This document shows, in pieces, positions 24,233-37,108 of a stretch of 64,000 bases of DNA (its first letter is position 1; every line of letters begins with the position of its first letter). Origin of the DNA: Squalus acanthias (Eukaryota); NCBI GenBank assembly GCA_030390025.1, contig CM059433.1, positions 28,398,001 through 28,462,000 on the forward strand, written 5' to 3'. The notes under the pieces were generated by a model, which saw nothing but the letters and a program-made list of their open reading frames with translations, searched no databases and had not been told where the DNA came from. The position numbers were made by a program, and so were the translations under genes.

Positions 24233-25005
24233 TAATAAAAACAGAAAGTGCTGGGAATACTCAGCAGGTCAGGCAGCATCTGTGGAGAGAGAAACAGGGT
24301 TAACGTTTCAGGTCGATGACCCTTCGTCAGAACTGGAAAAAGCTGGAGGTGGAACAGGTTTTTAAGCAAGTGCAGGGGCAGGAAAAGGGAGGAGGGGAGG
24401 AAAGAACAAAAGGGAAGGTCTGTGATAGGATGGAAGGCAGGAGAGATTAAAAGCCAAAAGGGATGATGGTGCAAGGCAAAAGGAGATGGTAATAGGACAA
24501 GTTAAGAAACAAAAGATGGCTCTAGATGAAGTGTAAATGGCACTGGCAGAAGGAGAGACAGCTGCCATGTGGGAGAGAGAAAAAAATGGGAAAAAAAAAG
24601 AAAGGGGCAGAGGTTGTAGTCTAAAATTGTTGAACTCTGAGTCCAGAAGGCTGTAAAGTGCCTAATCGAAAGATGAGGTGCTGTTCCTCGAGCTGACGTT
24701 AAGCTTAATTGGGACAGTGTAAGAGGCCGAGGACGGTGAGGTCTGAGTGGGAGTGGAGCGGAGAATTAAAGTGACAGGTGACCGGAAGCTCGGGGTTCCC
24801 CTTACGGACTGAACGGAGGTGTTCCGCAAAGCGGTCACCCAATCTACGTTTGGACTCCCCAATGTAGAGGAGACCGCATCGTGAGCAGCGAATACAGTAT
24901 ACTAAATTGCAAGAAGTACAAGTAAATCGCTGTTTCACCTGGAAGGAGTGTTTGGGGCCCTGGACAGTGGGAAGGGAGGAGGTAAAAAGGGCATGTGTTG
25001 CATCT
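24233..25005 (-). mobile_element. Penelope-like element 3' part
   Basis: ORF 24705-24938 FTCTSCNLVYCIRCSRCGLLYIGESKRRLGDRFAEH (GIY-YIG), plus the terminal repeat. Confidence 0.93.
24298..24334 (-). ncRNA. Minimal hammerhead ribozyme motif
   Basis: Reverse complement reads agtt-CTGACGA-a-gggtc atc gacct-GAAA-cgtt-aacc. Confidence 0.72.
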
Positions 25006-25339
25006 CATGGGTAGTAGAGTTTATATGGAGGGACGGTTATGGTACAACAGGAGGGCAGTAAAGTCAGAGAGGGCAAGCTGAGTTGAGATGGAGATTGAAA
25101 TCACTTCATGCAGAAGCTGAGCAGGAAAGGAGTGAGGATACCTCTGAGAAACTCGGAGTGGGCTTGGGTAGGGGTCGGTAAGTCAGTTCTTCAGCCACAA
25201 TGCCTCTGCCTTCTGGAATTCCCTCCAAAATGACTTTCTTTAAAAAGAGGAAAGTAAAAAGTACTATTTATTTGACCATGCTTTGGTCTGTGCACTCCTT
25301 CCCTCCCTCATGCCCTTCTTCAAGTATCATCTTAACACA

Positions 25340-26100
25340 GTTGCTAACACTCTTGCCCTTCAATCAGAAATCTGTGGTTCAAGCTCCACTGTGGATTTTA
25401 GCAGGTAATCTTTTGGATGAGACGTTAAACTGAGGTCCTTTGTGCTGCCTCAGGTGCACTAAAAAATGCTATTGCACTATTCAAAGAGCAGGCGTTCTCC
25501 TGGTGTCCTGGCGAACATTTGTCCTTCAACCATCGCAACTAAAAAATAGTTAATTTGGTTACTGATTCATATGTGGGACCTTGCTTTGTACAAATTGGCT
25601 GCCACCATTGCTGACATTTGCATAATCTAGGCTGACACTCCAGTGCAGTACTGAGCGAGCGCTGCATTGTCGGGGGTGCTGTCTTTGGGATGAGATGATA
25701 AACCGAGGCCCCATCTGCTCTCTCAGGTGGACATAAAAGATCCCATGGCACTATTTTGAAGAAGAGCAGTGGAGTCGTGCCTGGTGTCCTGGTCAATATT
25801 TATCCCTCAACCAACATCACAAAAAGGGATGATCTCCTCATTGTTTCTTTGCTGTTTGTGGGAGCTTGCTGTGCGCAAATTGGCAGCCGTGTTTCCTACA
25901 TTACAACAGTGACTGCACTTTAAAAGCATTTCATTGGCTGCAAAGTACTTTGGGACGGCCTGAGGTCATGAAAGGCACTATATAAGTGCAAGTCTTTTTT
26001 TCTTTTGCATAATAACTGACTGCACTTTGAAAGTAATCTATTCATTGCAAAGTGCCGTGGGCATCCCGAGGATATGACTGCAAGTTCTATCTTTTCTTTC
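25340..26100 (+). mobile_element. Cluster of Deu-domain SINE copies (older 25340-25620, younger 25620-26000, tail 26010-26100)
   Basis: Deu core and tail similar to the 41412 copy. Confidence 0.82.
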
Positions 26101-26163
26101 TTGTTCAATGTCCACTTCTCTGACTTTAAAATGCTCTGAGATATATTTACGTCAAGTGAACTA

Positions 26164-26653
26164 CAGGAAACTCTTTGGTATCCGGCACTGACGGGACCGG
26201 CGTGGTGCCGGTTGATCGAAAGTTCCGGATAACGGAGAGTTATATCTACCGAGGCTATTTTTAACATAAAAAAATCAAGAAATGTGCAGTATACAGTATT
26301 TGGTTACTCACCTACAGAATGTTGTGTTAAATGGATGGTGGAAGATGCTTGATTAAGTACAGTACTGCCAGTTGAGGATAATCCATAACTCTTTAATTAC
26401 TTAACAGTAAGTGAGACTCCCGGCAGCACGGGAGAATCAGACTCCTGTTACTGCAGTGTTCAGACTTCCGACAGCGCCAGGAAGCCGAGTAGTGGCACTT
26501 TGGAGAACTACCCCCACTGACTAACTCGGCGTTCGCGGGAGACTCGGACTCGGCAACATTGCCGGTTATTTGAGAGGAGTTTTCGGAGTATGATTTTTGC
26601 CGGTTAAGAGAGAATTCCAGATATTTAGGTGCCGGTTAAACAAGAGTTTCCTG
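26164..26653. mobile_element. Tigger/pogo-like MITE, same family as 21120
   Basis: ta|caggaaactcttt ... aagagtttcctg|ca. The internal sequence matches 21120-21531 and carries ~145 bp more. Confidence 0.86.
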
Positions 26654-26694
26654 CATATAAATGGTGGTGATTATTGTTGGAAATAGATTAAAAT

Positions 26695-27070
26695 CAGCAG
26701 AGTGGTGAAGTGTACTTTCATCTCTCAGACCTGCATTTGAATCCAGATGAGACCGATGAGATTTAAGTCTCCCCTTTTCCTATCAGTCATTAGGTTTCTA
26801 CATGAAATGAGTTCATGCAATCTCGGCTCATTCCTTTGTGGACAAGATTGGAAAATTTGCCTTAAAATAGTCCTTGGTGTGTGAAATTAATTGGTATTGG
26901 AAATGGAAAGAGTTCACACTAATGCAGAAGGGATGCTTTTCCAAGGTAGGGGATAAGGTAAAGTTGGCTTCGGAGTAGGGGGAGGTATGCCTGAATTGCG
27001 AGTGTTTAATTCAATAAATGCCTAAAGTTCTCCAGTATTGACATCCCTCAATTGGAGCACAAGAATTTGG
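26695..27070 (+). mobile_element. LF-SINE-like relic
   Basis: Collinear blocks resemble the LF-SINE consensus as I recall it: ctttcatctct..tttgaatccag, ctacatgaaatgagtt, tctcggctcattcctttgtggaca, tccaaggtaggg..aggtaaagttggc, gagcacaagaatt. Confidence 0.6.
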
Positions 27071-27151
27071 TAAAATCCAAGTTTTGTGTAAAAAAAAAAA
27101 CCCAGGGTGCTTTCAATAGAAAGGATCCAGTTAGATGGCAGTTATGTATTA

Positions 27152-27835
27152 TAGAATCATAAAGCATAGAAGGAGACCATTTGGCCTATCGTGCATCTGT
27201 CCGTCCGTCCGTGCGTGCGTGCCAGGAGTCTGATGGAATACTCTCCACTTGCCTGGATGAGTGCAGTTCCAACAACACTCAAGAAGCGCCACACCATCCA
27301 GGACAAAGCAACCCACTTGATTGGCACCCCATCCACCACCTTAAACATTCACTCCCTCCACCACCAGCGCACCGTGGCTGCAGTGTGTACCATCTACAAG
27401 ATGCACTGCAGCAACTCACCACAGGCGCATGCGAACACCATCACCTCCAAGTTCCACCCCCCCCAACTCACACACCATCCTGACTTGGAAGTATATCGCC
27501 GATCCTTCTTTGTCGCTGGGTCAAAATCCTGGAACTCCCTCCCTAACAGCACTGTGGGAGTACCTTCACCACACGGACTGCAGCGGTTCAAGAAGGCGGC
27601 TCACCACAACCCCCTCAAGGGCAATTAGGGATGGGCAATAAATGCTGCCCTTGCCAGTGACTCCCACATCCTGGGAATGTATAAAAAAAATTGTCCTCTG
27701 GTTACCGGCCCTTCTGCCAGTGGAAACAGTTTCTCCTTATTTAATATATCAAAACCCTTCATAATTTTGAACACCTATTAAATCTTTCCTTAACCTTCTC
27801 TGCTGTAAGGCAACAATCCAAGCTTCTCTAGTTTG
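27152..27835. mobile_element. Zenon-like LINE 3' fragment (+, 27222-27690) inside a CR1 3' fragment (-)
   Basis: ORF 27191-27628 MEYSPLAWMSA..TIQDKA..SFFVAGSKSWNSLP with a poly(A) tail. Flanks are reverse-complement CR1. Confidence 0.87.
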
Positions 27836-28859
27836 TCTTCAAAAACTAAAAGCAAAGTAATGATTGCATTGATGCACATTGTATATAGATGCATCACTTT
27901 GATGCAACTTGTTGGGTCTTTTAGGCCAAAGATCAAATCAATCAACCAAGGTGATGTCATTCATTTTGATCAAAATATTTTTTCACTTCATGGACTTTAA
28001 TTTGTTTGACCGTCGGTATTGATCTGACACCTACAATTGACAAGGGTGGTAGCTTTTTCTTTTAATCAAATGTAGCTTTTCTATTATATTGGTTGGGTGG
28101 AAGGTTCAACTTTTCACTACCACCTAGCTGAATACTCCTGGGAATATACAAATCATGAAACCCTAAGTTATTTGAGATGCACGCTGTTTAAGGCTGTCCT
28201 TTGCTTGTCGAATTACCCATCTTATGTTGGATTTGTTCAAATGTTGTTTTACTGTATTTGCAGAAAGCAGTTATTTGATGAGCCAATCAAGTGCAAGTTA
28301 TATTATTGGCGATTCTTCGTTTCATACCCGAGGGATTGAGAGAGACAGTTAGCTGTCGACTAAAATGTCAGCCAATATGATTAATATTGATCTTGAACAG
28401 TTTTAAGTGACTGGGTAATACTGTGGGGAAATGTCTTCACTGATGAGATATTTAATCGTGGAACTTTCAAAAGGAGCTGGTGTTTATCTGATTAAGGTTA
28501 GAACTGAGGTTTATAAGGATAAGTATAATAGTCAAAATATTGTATGGAACATGATGGCTCCCATCCTGTTAAGATTATGGAAAAGTCATCTAAGGTCATG
28601 CAGCTGGCTGGTGTTGAATTATGTAGTTGGGAATATTAGGCTGAAATTCTGGAGATTTTGTTCAGTTCCCTTAGTGAATTATTAGACTTCCGAGTTTTAT
28701 CTTCCAAGTTTTATTTGTAGTCGTTCATATTCTTCAGCAGTTCGAATAAATTGAGTAGAATCCATGATCGTTCAAATTGTTTTGTGCATGGTCTCATGGC
28801 TGAACTGGCTCACTGGGCTTATGGTCATTACTTATTCTGTACTCCCTTTTTATCTCTCA

Positions 28860-29302
28860 ACTCCTGGATGGGGGGATTGTTCTATGAGGAGAGATTGAGT
28901 TTAGAAGAATGAGAGGTGATCGCATTGAAACATACAAAATTCTTACAGGGCTTGACAGGGTAGATGCAGAGAGGATGTTTCCCCTGGCGGGGGAGTCTAG
29001 AACCAGGGGTCACAGTCTCAGAATAAGCGGTCGGCTATTTAGGACTAAGATGAGGAGAAATTTCTTCACTCAGAGGGTGGTGAATCTTTGGAATTCTCTA
29101 CCCCAGAGGGCTGTGGAGGCTCAGTCGTTGAGTATATTCAAGACAGAGATCGATAGATTTTTGAATATTAAGGGAATCAAGGGATATGGGGATAGTGCAG
29201 GAAAGTGGAAATGAGGTAGAAGATCAGCCATGATCTTATTGAATGGCGGAGCAGGCTCGAAGGGCCAAATGGCCTACTCCTGCTCCTATTATGTTCTTAT
29301 GA
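28860..29302 (+). mobile_element. CR1 LINE 3' fragment
   Basis: ORF 28909-29214 is nearly identical to the C-terminal part of ORF 21870-22235. Confidence 0.93.
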
Positions 29303-30273
29303 GAACACAAAAACTTGGGAATTTTTTTCCTATTTTTTGAAGTAAACCTTATTTGTAGCGTTCCTGAGTCTGATGAGCTTTTATTTTAGAAAATGGTCTA
29401 TGGAAGAGACATATTGGTCTTATATCAGGCAGGGGATTCTTCTTCACCACCTGAAGCATGGTGATTTAGTTTGCTGGTGTCTTAAAGATTGATCAGGGCT
29501 CTTTGATCCCACCACCCCAAAGATTCTGTTGTGTAAGCTGCTGTTGAAAGATATTCACGGTGGAGCCTTTCAGAAAAGGATTGTTTCAATTTGGGTGGAG
29601 AGGCCAAGTGTCTGAAGTCGCTGAAGAAATTTAGTACTTGGAATTTTAGCATTTAGCATTTTTGACTTTTCACTGGTGTTTGTCCTGCCCAGTCCCCATT
29701 TCCCACCTCGCTGTTATATTGTGCTGTGAGAGAAGTATTTTCGTAAGTTGGAGGCTGCTGTCCTCCTATTTTGTCACCTATCAGCCAGTACATTTTTCTG
29801 GAGAACGGAGGTAGCAAATAGGATGGATTTCTCCTGCAAATATCCAACACAGTTTTCAGAAATTATTGGATGAACAATTGCACATTCTTGACGTTTTGTT
29901 CCTTGGTGTGCCATACATGCAGTCTTTTCAAAAAATGTAGTGCTTGTCTAATTTCTGCAGTTATTTACACTTTGCCCATACCCAAACCCCTTTAATTTTT
30001 TTCCTATTTCTCTCCTTTACTGGTGGAACTAAATTTATCCTGGGATTGGTTGAATGGATTCCTTACCCAAGTGTCCATTATTTACACCAGTAACTTACAC
30101 TACAGCAGTAATTTCACTTCGAGTATTTCATTGGCTGTAAACCATTTTGAGACATACTGAGGTTGTGAAAGGCGCTATAGAAATGCGACTCCTTTCTTTA
30201 TAAATGGTCAGAGGTGGCAGGCTATTCAACGGGGAGAGTGAGGAGAGAATGCAATGCACTTGAGTCCTCATGT

Positions 30274-30842
30274 GAATCATAGAAAGTTACAGCACGGAAG
30301 GAGGCCATTTCGGCCCATCGTGTCCGCGCCGGCCAACAAAGAGCTATCCAGCCTAATCCCACTTCCCAGCTCTTGGTCCGTAGCCCTGCAGGTTAGAGCA
30401 TCCCAAGTGCACATCCAAGTACTTTTTAAATGTGGTTAGGGTTCCTGCCTCTACCACCCTTTCAGGCAGTGAGTTCCAGACCCCCCACAACCGTCTGGGT
30501 GAAAAAAATTCCGCTCAAACCCCCTCTAAACCTTCCACCAATTGCTTTAAATCTGTGCCCCCTGGTTTTTGACCCCTCTGCTAAGGGAAATAGGTCTTTT
30601 CTATCCACTTTATATAGGCCCCCCATAATTTTATACACCTCAATAAGGTCTCCCCTCACCTCAGCCTCCTCTGTTCCAAGGAAAACAGACCCAGCCTATC
30701 CAGTCTTTCCTCATAGCTAAGATTCTCTACTCCCGGCAACATCCTTGTAAATCTCCTCTGAACCCTCTCTAGTGCAATCACATCTTTCCTGTAATGTGGT
30801 GACCAGAACTGCATGCAGTACTCTAGCTGAGGCCTAACTAGG
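30274..30842 (-). mobile_element. CR1 LINE 3' fragment
   Basis: ORF 30462-30659 RGDLIEVYKIM..TRGHRFK. Confidence 0.9.
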
Positions 30843-31139
30843 TGGAATGTGCACTATCCAGGAGGAGGGGGCACTGGTTCACAATCGGGGAGAAACCTGG
30901 CTGACTTTCTCCCATGTCTCCCTCCTCTTGCCAACATATGCTGCGGTCAGTTGCAGAAGACTACTTTGCACCCCGATTGCTCAGGATGATGTCTCAATGT
31001 CTTCCACAGCATGATGGATTTACCTACTGAGGCACCAGGGGACCCCACCAACGCCATTCTGCTGCTGGTTTGTTTTGAGATTCCATTATATGCAGGCATT
31101 GTTTTTGGTGGTGTCCTTAGTGCAGAGTGGCGCCACTGA

Positions 31140-31560
31140 GCCAAGTTTCAGGTTGGCTCTCACCTCTGAGTTAGTCGCACTCCAGGAATTGAACACACAA
31201 TCTAAGATGACACTTCAGTGCAGTATTTGAGGGAGTGCTGCATAGTTGGCGTTAACATCTTTCAGATGAGATGGTAAACCTCCTGTTTGGGTGCACATAC
31301 AAGATCTCATGGCACTATTTGAAGAAGAAATCAGGGGCGTTTCCTGGTGTCCTAGCCAATATTTATCCCCTAACCAACGCCAACAAAACAGATCAGCTGA
31401 TCATTTATTTTATTACTATTTGTGAGTCCTTACTGTGCACAAATTGGCTATCCTGTTTGCCTACATTGTAACAGTAGCTACCCTTTAAAAGTAATTCTTT
31501 GATAGTAAATGCTTTGAGACTCCCTGAGGATGTGAAAGTTGCTGTATAAAATCAATTTCT
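31140..31560 (+). mobile_element. Deu-domain SINE, diverged
   Basis: Collinear with the 41412 copy (cagtgcagta..gagggagtgctg, cctggtgtcct.gccaatatttatcc). Confidence 0.75.
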
Positions 31561-33984
31561 TTGTTCGTGATTTTCTAAAGAATTCTACCTGAAGAACTTG
31601 CTGCTGTTGCACACATGGAGAATGTGTTCGACGCACCAAAGGCAAATCGCACAAATACTTATGTCTTTATGTGAAGTTAGAAATTCACAATATATTTAAG
31701 AAGAGAGCATGCTTAACGGCTGTGTTTGGTCAGATTCAGATGTATTGTCAGAATTCAAACTTCAATGATAAAAGTCATATTTCATTATAATTACTGTATT
31801 ACATTCACATTATTATGTAGATTGAGCTTTCATAATTATAATATGTTTATGTCGAAAGAATTTCCCTGGGGTTGCAGAGTTGCAGTTTACTGTAAAAGCT
31901 CCACTGTTGACAGAAGCAGTAACATGTACAGTTAGCGGGAGCAATATTCCCCATAAGCTCCCGATGTAATGCAGGAATCTAATCCTTTGCTGAAGCTATG
32001 AGTTGAAAGGTACGTTAACATGCTGCACAGATAATGCAAATTGGGGCTTGATAGCCTTGAGACTTGTACATAGTCACCGTTAAGCATTCCTGATTTTGGT
32101 GATTTTTCTGGTTGAGGTTGCAGGGAGCCATACGGTCAGATCGTAAGACTGATCGCTCACTAAGGCTGTGGCAGGGCATTGGTCAAGTTTCTCCTGCCAG
32201 GTGTTTTTTTTAAAGCAGTGGCAAATCTAAGTATAAACTTCAAAGTGAAGGGTTCTAAAATGTGTACCTGACATGGAAGTGCATCGAAAGAAAATAAAAA
32301 AGACTTGCATTGATATAGCGCCTTTCACAAACCCAGGACGTCCCAAAGCGCTTTATAACCAATGAAGTACTTTTTGAAGTGCAGTCACTGTTGTCATGTA
32401 GGAAACTTAGGCATTTCTCTTTGAAGTAACTACATTAAATCATGAAAGAGATTTTTGCCCATTTAAAGAATAAGCATATTAGACTCTCCATTTTGCTGAA
32501 AGCACAAATATGGATTGCTTGTATGATGATGATGATGCTGCTGAATGTTGACTGAGGACGATCTTTGTAACTCACCTTGTGCATTGCAAAGGTTTTCCTG
32601 AAAAGTTGGCTAGACCTAGCGTGATTGGCCACCTGGGTGGAATACAAGGGCATGGCTGATGCTTATGGCACCGTCCTCCAACACGAGCCACCACATTCAG
32701 TTGGGTGAAGGCAAGGCCGGGAGGGTAAAATGGATATTGTGCACTTCCCAACTGAAAGCTTTCCCACTATTGTACAAGAATGGATTTGTTCAGAATCTGT
32801 TTACTGTGGAGCCCCAATTCTCCAGCTGAATGAGGAGAATTCCTGTGATGGATACCAGAAATTGGCAGATCGTTGACTGTTCCCAAAGTTAAACCTATAT
32901 ATATGATTCAACAATACTTTAGACAAAAGACTGAAAGTATTACAAATAATAATAGAACCATTATCTGAATGGTGAGGTTGATGTCTGCTTCAAGACTTTA
33001 TCCTGCAAAAATACTGGCTGATAATGGAGGTTCCAATGCATTTTTTTCCCCATGAGCTTTACTTGGGGTTGTGGATACGTGCTTAGTTCCATGACTCCAT
33101 CCTGTGACCAAATACTTGATGAACTGGATAAATTTGCCGTTGATCGCTGTCCCAAAAGAAACTCCACTGTTGTGCTCAGTGCAAGAGGCCAAAAACAATT
33201 TGACTGTAATATGCCGGGATATCTTCTGGTAATAAAATTAGGGGCTGAATGGAATAGGAGGTGAAACCTTGGAATATATTCTTGCATCTATATTTGTTAA
33301 TATCTCTTTCTTCCCTGCTACCCAATAATTCTTCACAGTCAGTGATGCATGCATGTCTTTAAGTTCATTTCCACTTGATCATGTCAGTAAGGTGTGCAGA
33401 GGTACAGACCACAATTTTTTTTTCTGCACCGAACACTGTCATCTAAATGCAAATGAGGGTGTTCTGTATTTCCCTGGAAAAACTGGTCTCTTGTGCATTA
33501 TTGCTGCTACTTAAGAGGGGAAAGATTCCATTTGGCCGTACTTTACAATTTTGTGTTAAGTGCAAGGGTGAAAAAATGCTTAGTAATAGAATTTATAAAT
33601 CCTGGTGATTTGCCTTTTTTATTGTAACGAATTATCGAAGTTTTGTGAAATATAGAATTGAGGCACAAACTAATAGTAGCTTTTCAACTCTTTGTCGTTT
33701 GTGATTTTGTATGAGGAAGAATCAATTAAATCGACTGGCTAGGAAATCAAGTTCAAGTTATTACGGTGTGGTTGGAATTTTTCGGTGAGGTTCAGACAAC
33801 CCACTTAAAACAAACGTGCAGAAGAGCTGGTCTGGTATATATGCGTATTTATGTATTTGTTTAGTTTGAATAGGGTTGGTTGCATTACCTCTGCATGGCA
33901 ATGGACCTCTGAAATGATGAAACAGAAAAGATCTGCTCTGTAGTCTCCCATGTGCTAGTGTATGGAACATATGTCATAGACTGG

Positions 33985-35040
33985 GAAAAACATTTGCATG
34001 GGCTGGGAGACAACCAGTTATCGTCATCCAGGTGGGGCCAGCGATGTCGCTAAAGAAAGGCCCAAAGTCCTGCAAGATAAAGGTCGAAGATTAGGAAACC
34101 AGTTTAGGAGTGGGATTGCTTCCCCAGCCATGCGCTAGAACAGGGAAGGACAGGAAGATTAGGGAAATCAATGCACGGCTGAAGGCATCCTCGATTTTCT
34201 GCACTCCACCATTGACAGCCGTGCCTTCAGCTGCCTAGGCCCCAAGCTCTGGAATTCTTTCTGTAAACCTCTCTGCCCCTTTCTCCTTTAAGACGCTCCT
34301 TAAAACCTACCTCTTTGACCAAGCTTTTGGTTACCTGTCCTAATATCTCCTTATGTGGCTCAGTGTCAGATTTTGTTTGATGACGCTCCTGTGAAGCACC
34401 TTGGGACGTTTTACCACGTTAAAGGCGCTATATAAATGCAAATTGTTGATGTAGCCAAGGCAGGGGTACAGACGAAGTCAATATAATTTAAGGTTAAAGA
34501 TGAGAAAAAGTGCTTGTTACATAAGTAGGAGAATATTACAAATTGTGGGACGGAAATGGAAATCTGCAATCGGATTAGAGCGGTGAGTATGGATAACAAA
34601 GTTATTATTCTGGGAGATTTTAGTTATCCACTTCTCAATTGGGACAGAGAAAGGGGCATGGAATTCCTGAAATGTGTATCAGACTCCTTCGGCAGGCAGT
34701 ATGTCAATCGGCCTACAAGGGCGGAGGCTTTGACCTGGTTCTGAGTAATGAAATAGATGAGGTAGATGAGCTAAATGGGGATGAACGCCTTGCAGAGAGT
34801 GACCACAGTATGATGAGGTTTAAAATCCAACTCGAAAGGGAAAGTGTTGGTACCGAAACTATAACACCAGATTGGATGAGGGCAAGTTGTAGAACGATGA
34901 GGGGTGAACAGAGGTGAAGTGGTAGGATACATTGACACACAGCACTGTAAAGCAACAGTGGGATGTTTTTAGAGATTGCAGAGGTACAAGACTGTATTCC
35001 ATTTGACAAGGGTGAGGATGCCATGGATAAATAGGGGGTT
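33985..35040 (+). mobile_element. Old CR1 5' region (ORF1 esterase-like + APE endonuclease), interrupted by an L2 tail (34185-34450)
   Basis: VIILGDFSYP..NWD, PTR.EA, DLVLSNE, SDHSMMRF. The L2 insert ends aaaggcgctatataaatgcaaattgttg. Confidence 0.7.
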
Positions 35041-35296
35041 AGAAACCAATTAAAATTGAACAAGAGGGCCTCGTTTTGGATAACCTGTTTGATTGATTGT
35101 TTTGTTGGAGATAGAAACATGAGACCCACGCAATGCAATGACTGGAATTTCTGCTCACAATATTAAAGTTCCACAGACTCCAGGTCAGAGAGATAGCAAA
35201 TGCAGCAGTGTTGGCTGTTGAACGGCAAACTATATTCAAAGAATGAAGAAAACTATACTGAAGTGGCAATCTAATTTTATGTTTTGGTAAAAAATA

Positions 35297-35702
35297 TCCA
35301 GCATTCGCAGTATTTTGCTTTTGTATTAGTGTTTAATTCACTGCCACTTCTCTTCCAAGAATGCCCACCTTGAAGTTCTGCTCTTCTCTCAGACAGGATT
35401 TCCGTTTGTCTCTTCTACCTTGTTAACCTTTGTTGCTTTCTGTTTCCCTTCTCATGTTTGCTAAAACTCGCACTCCTGCCCTATCATAGACCTTCCCTTT
35501 TGTTCTATCCTCCCCTCCCCACCCCCTTTCCCTGTTTAAAAACTGTTACATCTCTAACTTTATCCAGTTCTGACGAAAGGTCATCGACCTGAAACGTTAA
35601 CTCTGTTTCTCTCTCCACAGCTGCTGCCTGACCTGCTGAGTATTGCCAGCATTTTCTGTTCTTATTTCAGATTTCCAGCATCCACAGTATTTTGCTTTTG
35701 TG
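35297..35702 (+). mobile_element. Penelope terminal-repeat (pLTR) fragments
   Basis: ccagcat.c.cagtattttgcttttgt occurs at both ends as a direct repeat. The body matches the 3' repeats at 49430 and 51850. Confidence 0.82.
35566..35602 (+). ncRNA. Minimal hammerhead ribozyme motif (intact)
   Basis: agtt-CTGACGA-a-aggtc atc gacct-GAAA-cgtt-aact. Confidence 0.8.
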
Positions 35703-36165
35703 TTTCTCTTGGTAACCTGTTCTCTTGCCTCCTGTCCCTTTTCCCCATGACAGCTTTTTTAAATATCCGTACTACATTATTTTTGGTACAGAGAGAAAAG
35801 CAGCTTTTAAATAAAAAAAAGTTCTCATGACTAGGCGAGAGACGTGAGTTTCGGGGAATGGATTCATGTCAGATGCACCCTCATCGGGTTCCCACAACTC
35901 GGCCCAACCTCATTGCTTACTGTGCAAGTGGCCACATGCTCATTCCCTTCCCTGGCCATAATTGTGGAAAGTGGCAGCATTGCGTCCAATGAACTCCTGG
36001 CATCAGTTTTTTTTTTAAAAGAGGCAGAATCATAATAACCATAGATTTTTGCTATAGAAAGAACTTCAGTGGTGTTTCCCAAGATCTTGTCTCTAAATGC
36101 TTTCAGAGCTGCAAAGGTGTCGAGGGTTGAAGGATCAATGTGCAATTTCCCAACATTAGCTTCAT

Positions 36166-36913
36166 TGATGAGCAGAGAGATTTAGGGCTCCAAGTATAGA
36201 AATCACTGTAAGCTAGTGAACAGGTACAAAAAATTATTAAAAAGGCTAATGGAATGTTGGCCTTTATCTCAAGGGGGCTGGAATACAAAGTTATGTTACA
36301 GCTGTACAGAGCATCTGGTGAGACCCCCCTCTGGAGCATTGCGTCCAGTTCGGGGCACCGCACCTCAGGAAGGATATATTGGCCTTGGAGGGGGTGCAAC
36401 GCAGATTCACCAGAATGATACCGGGGCTAAAAGCGTTAAATTATGAGAACAGGTTGCATACATTATGCTTTATTCCCTTAAATATAGAAGATTAAGGGGT
36501 GATCTAATTGACTTGTTGAAAATAATTAGAGGATTTGATGGGGTAGATAGAGAGAAACTATTTCCTCTGGTGGGGGAGTCCAGAACAAGGCGGCTTAACC
36601 TTATAATTAAAGCTAGGCCATTCAGGGATGATGTCAGAAAGCACTTCCTCACACAAAGGGTAGTGGGAATCTGGAACTCTATACCCCCCACCCCACCCCC
36701 CCCCACCAAAGAAAAGCGGTTGAGGCTGGAGTTCAATTGGAAATGTCAAAACTGAGATTGATAGATTTTTGTTAAGCAATGGTATTAAGGGTTACCGAAC
36801 CAAGGCGGGTAGATGGAGATAAAATACAGATCAGCCATGATCGACTTGAATGGCGGAACAGACTCGAGGGGCTGAATGGCCTACTCCTGTTCCTATGTTC
36901 CTTCCTATGTTCT
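36166..36913 (+). mobile_element. CR1 LINE 3' fragment
   Basis: RRLRGDLI..KII.GFD.VDREKLFPLVGESRTR..TQRVVGIWNS. Tail ggctgaatggcctactcctgttcctatg. Confidence 0.92.
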
Positions 36914-37043
36914 TAATTGTGAAGCAGAGACTTGTGTAACTTGTAAATTGTGCTACTTCTAAATTTTTGTTGTCGATTTATTAATTTAGCTTTATTGTGC
37001 CTTGTGTATGGGGTCTCACTACAAAATTACCTCTTTTCTGCAG

Positions 37044-37108
37044 TTGATGTCCAGATCGCTGCCTGCTATACAAGATGAGCGACTCCAGCCTCTGTTGAAC
37101 CACCTCAG
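37044..37108 (+). CDS. PRIM2: PRIM2 internal coding exon (65 nt; corresponds to human exon ~8)
   Basis: Polypyrimidine tract and acceptor ctcttttctgcag|, donor |gtaata. Translates LMSRSLPAIQDERLQPLLNHL+AG, matching vertebrate PRIM2 LTARSLPAVQSDERLQPLLNHLS (recalled). Ends in phase 2, compatible with the next exon. Confidence 0.93.

Noticed and set aside
1..37043. Upstream PRIM2 exon or another host gene
   Set aside because: I found no segment resembling the preceding exon (PF.DALDL..GFAY type) or any other host protein by eye. Short exons could have been missed.
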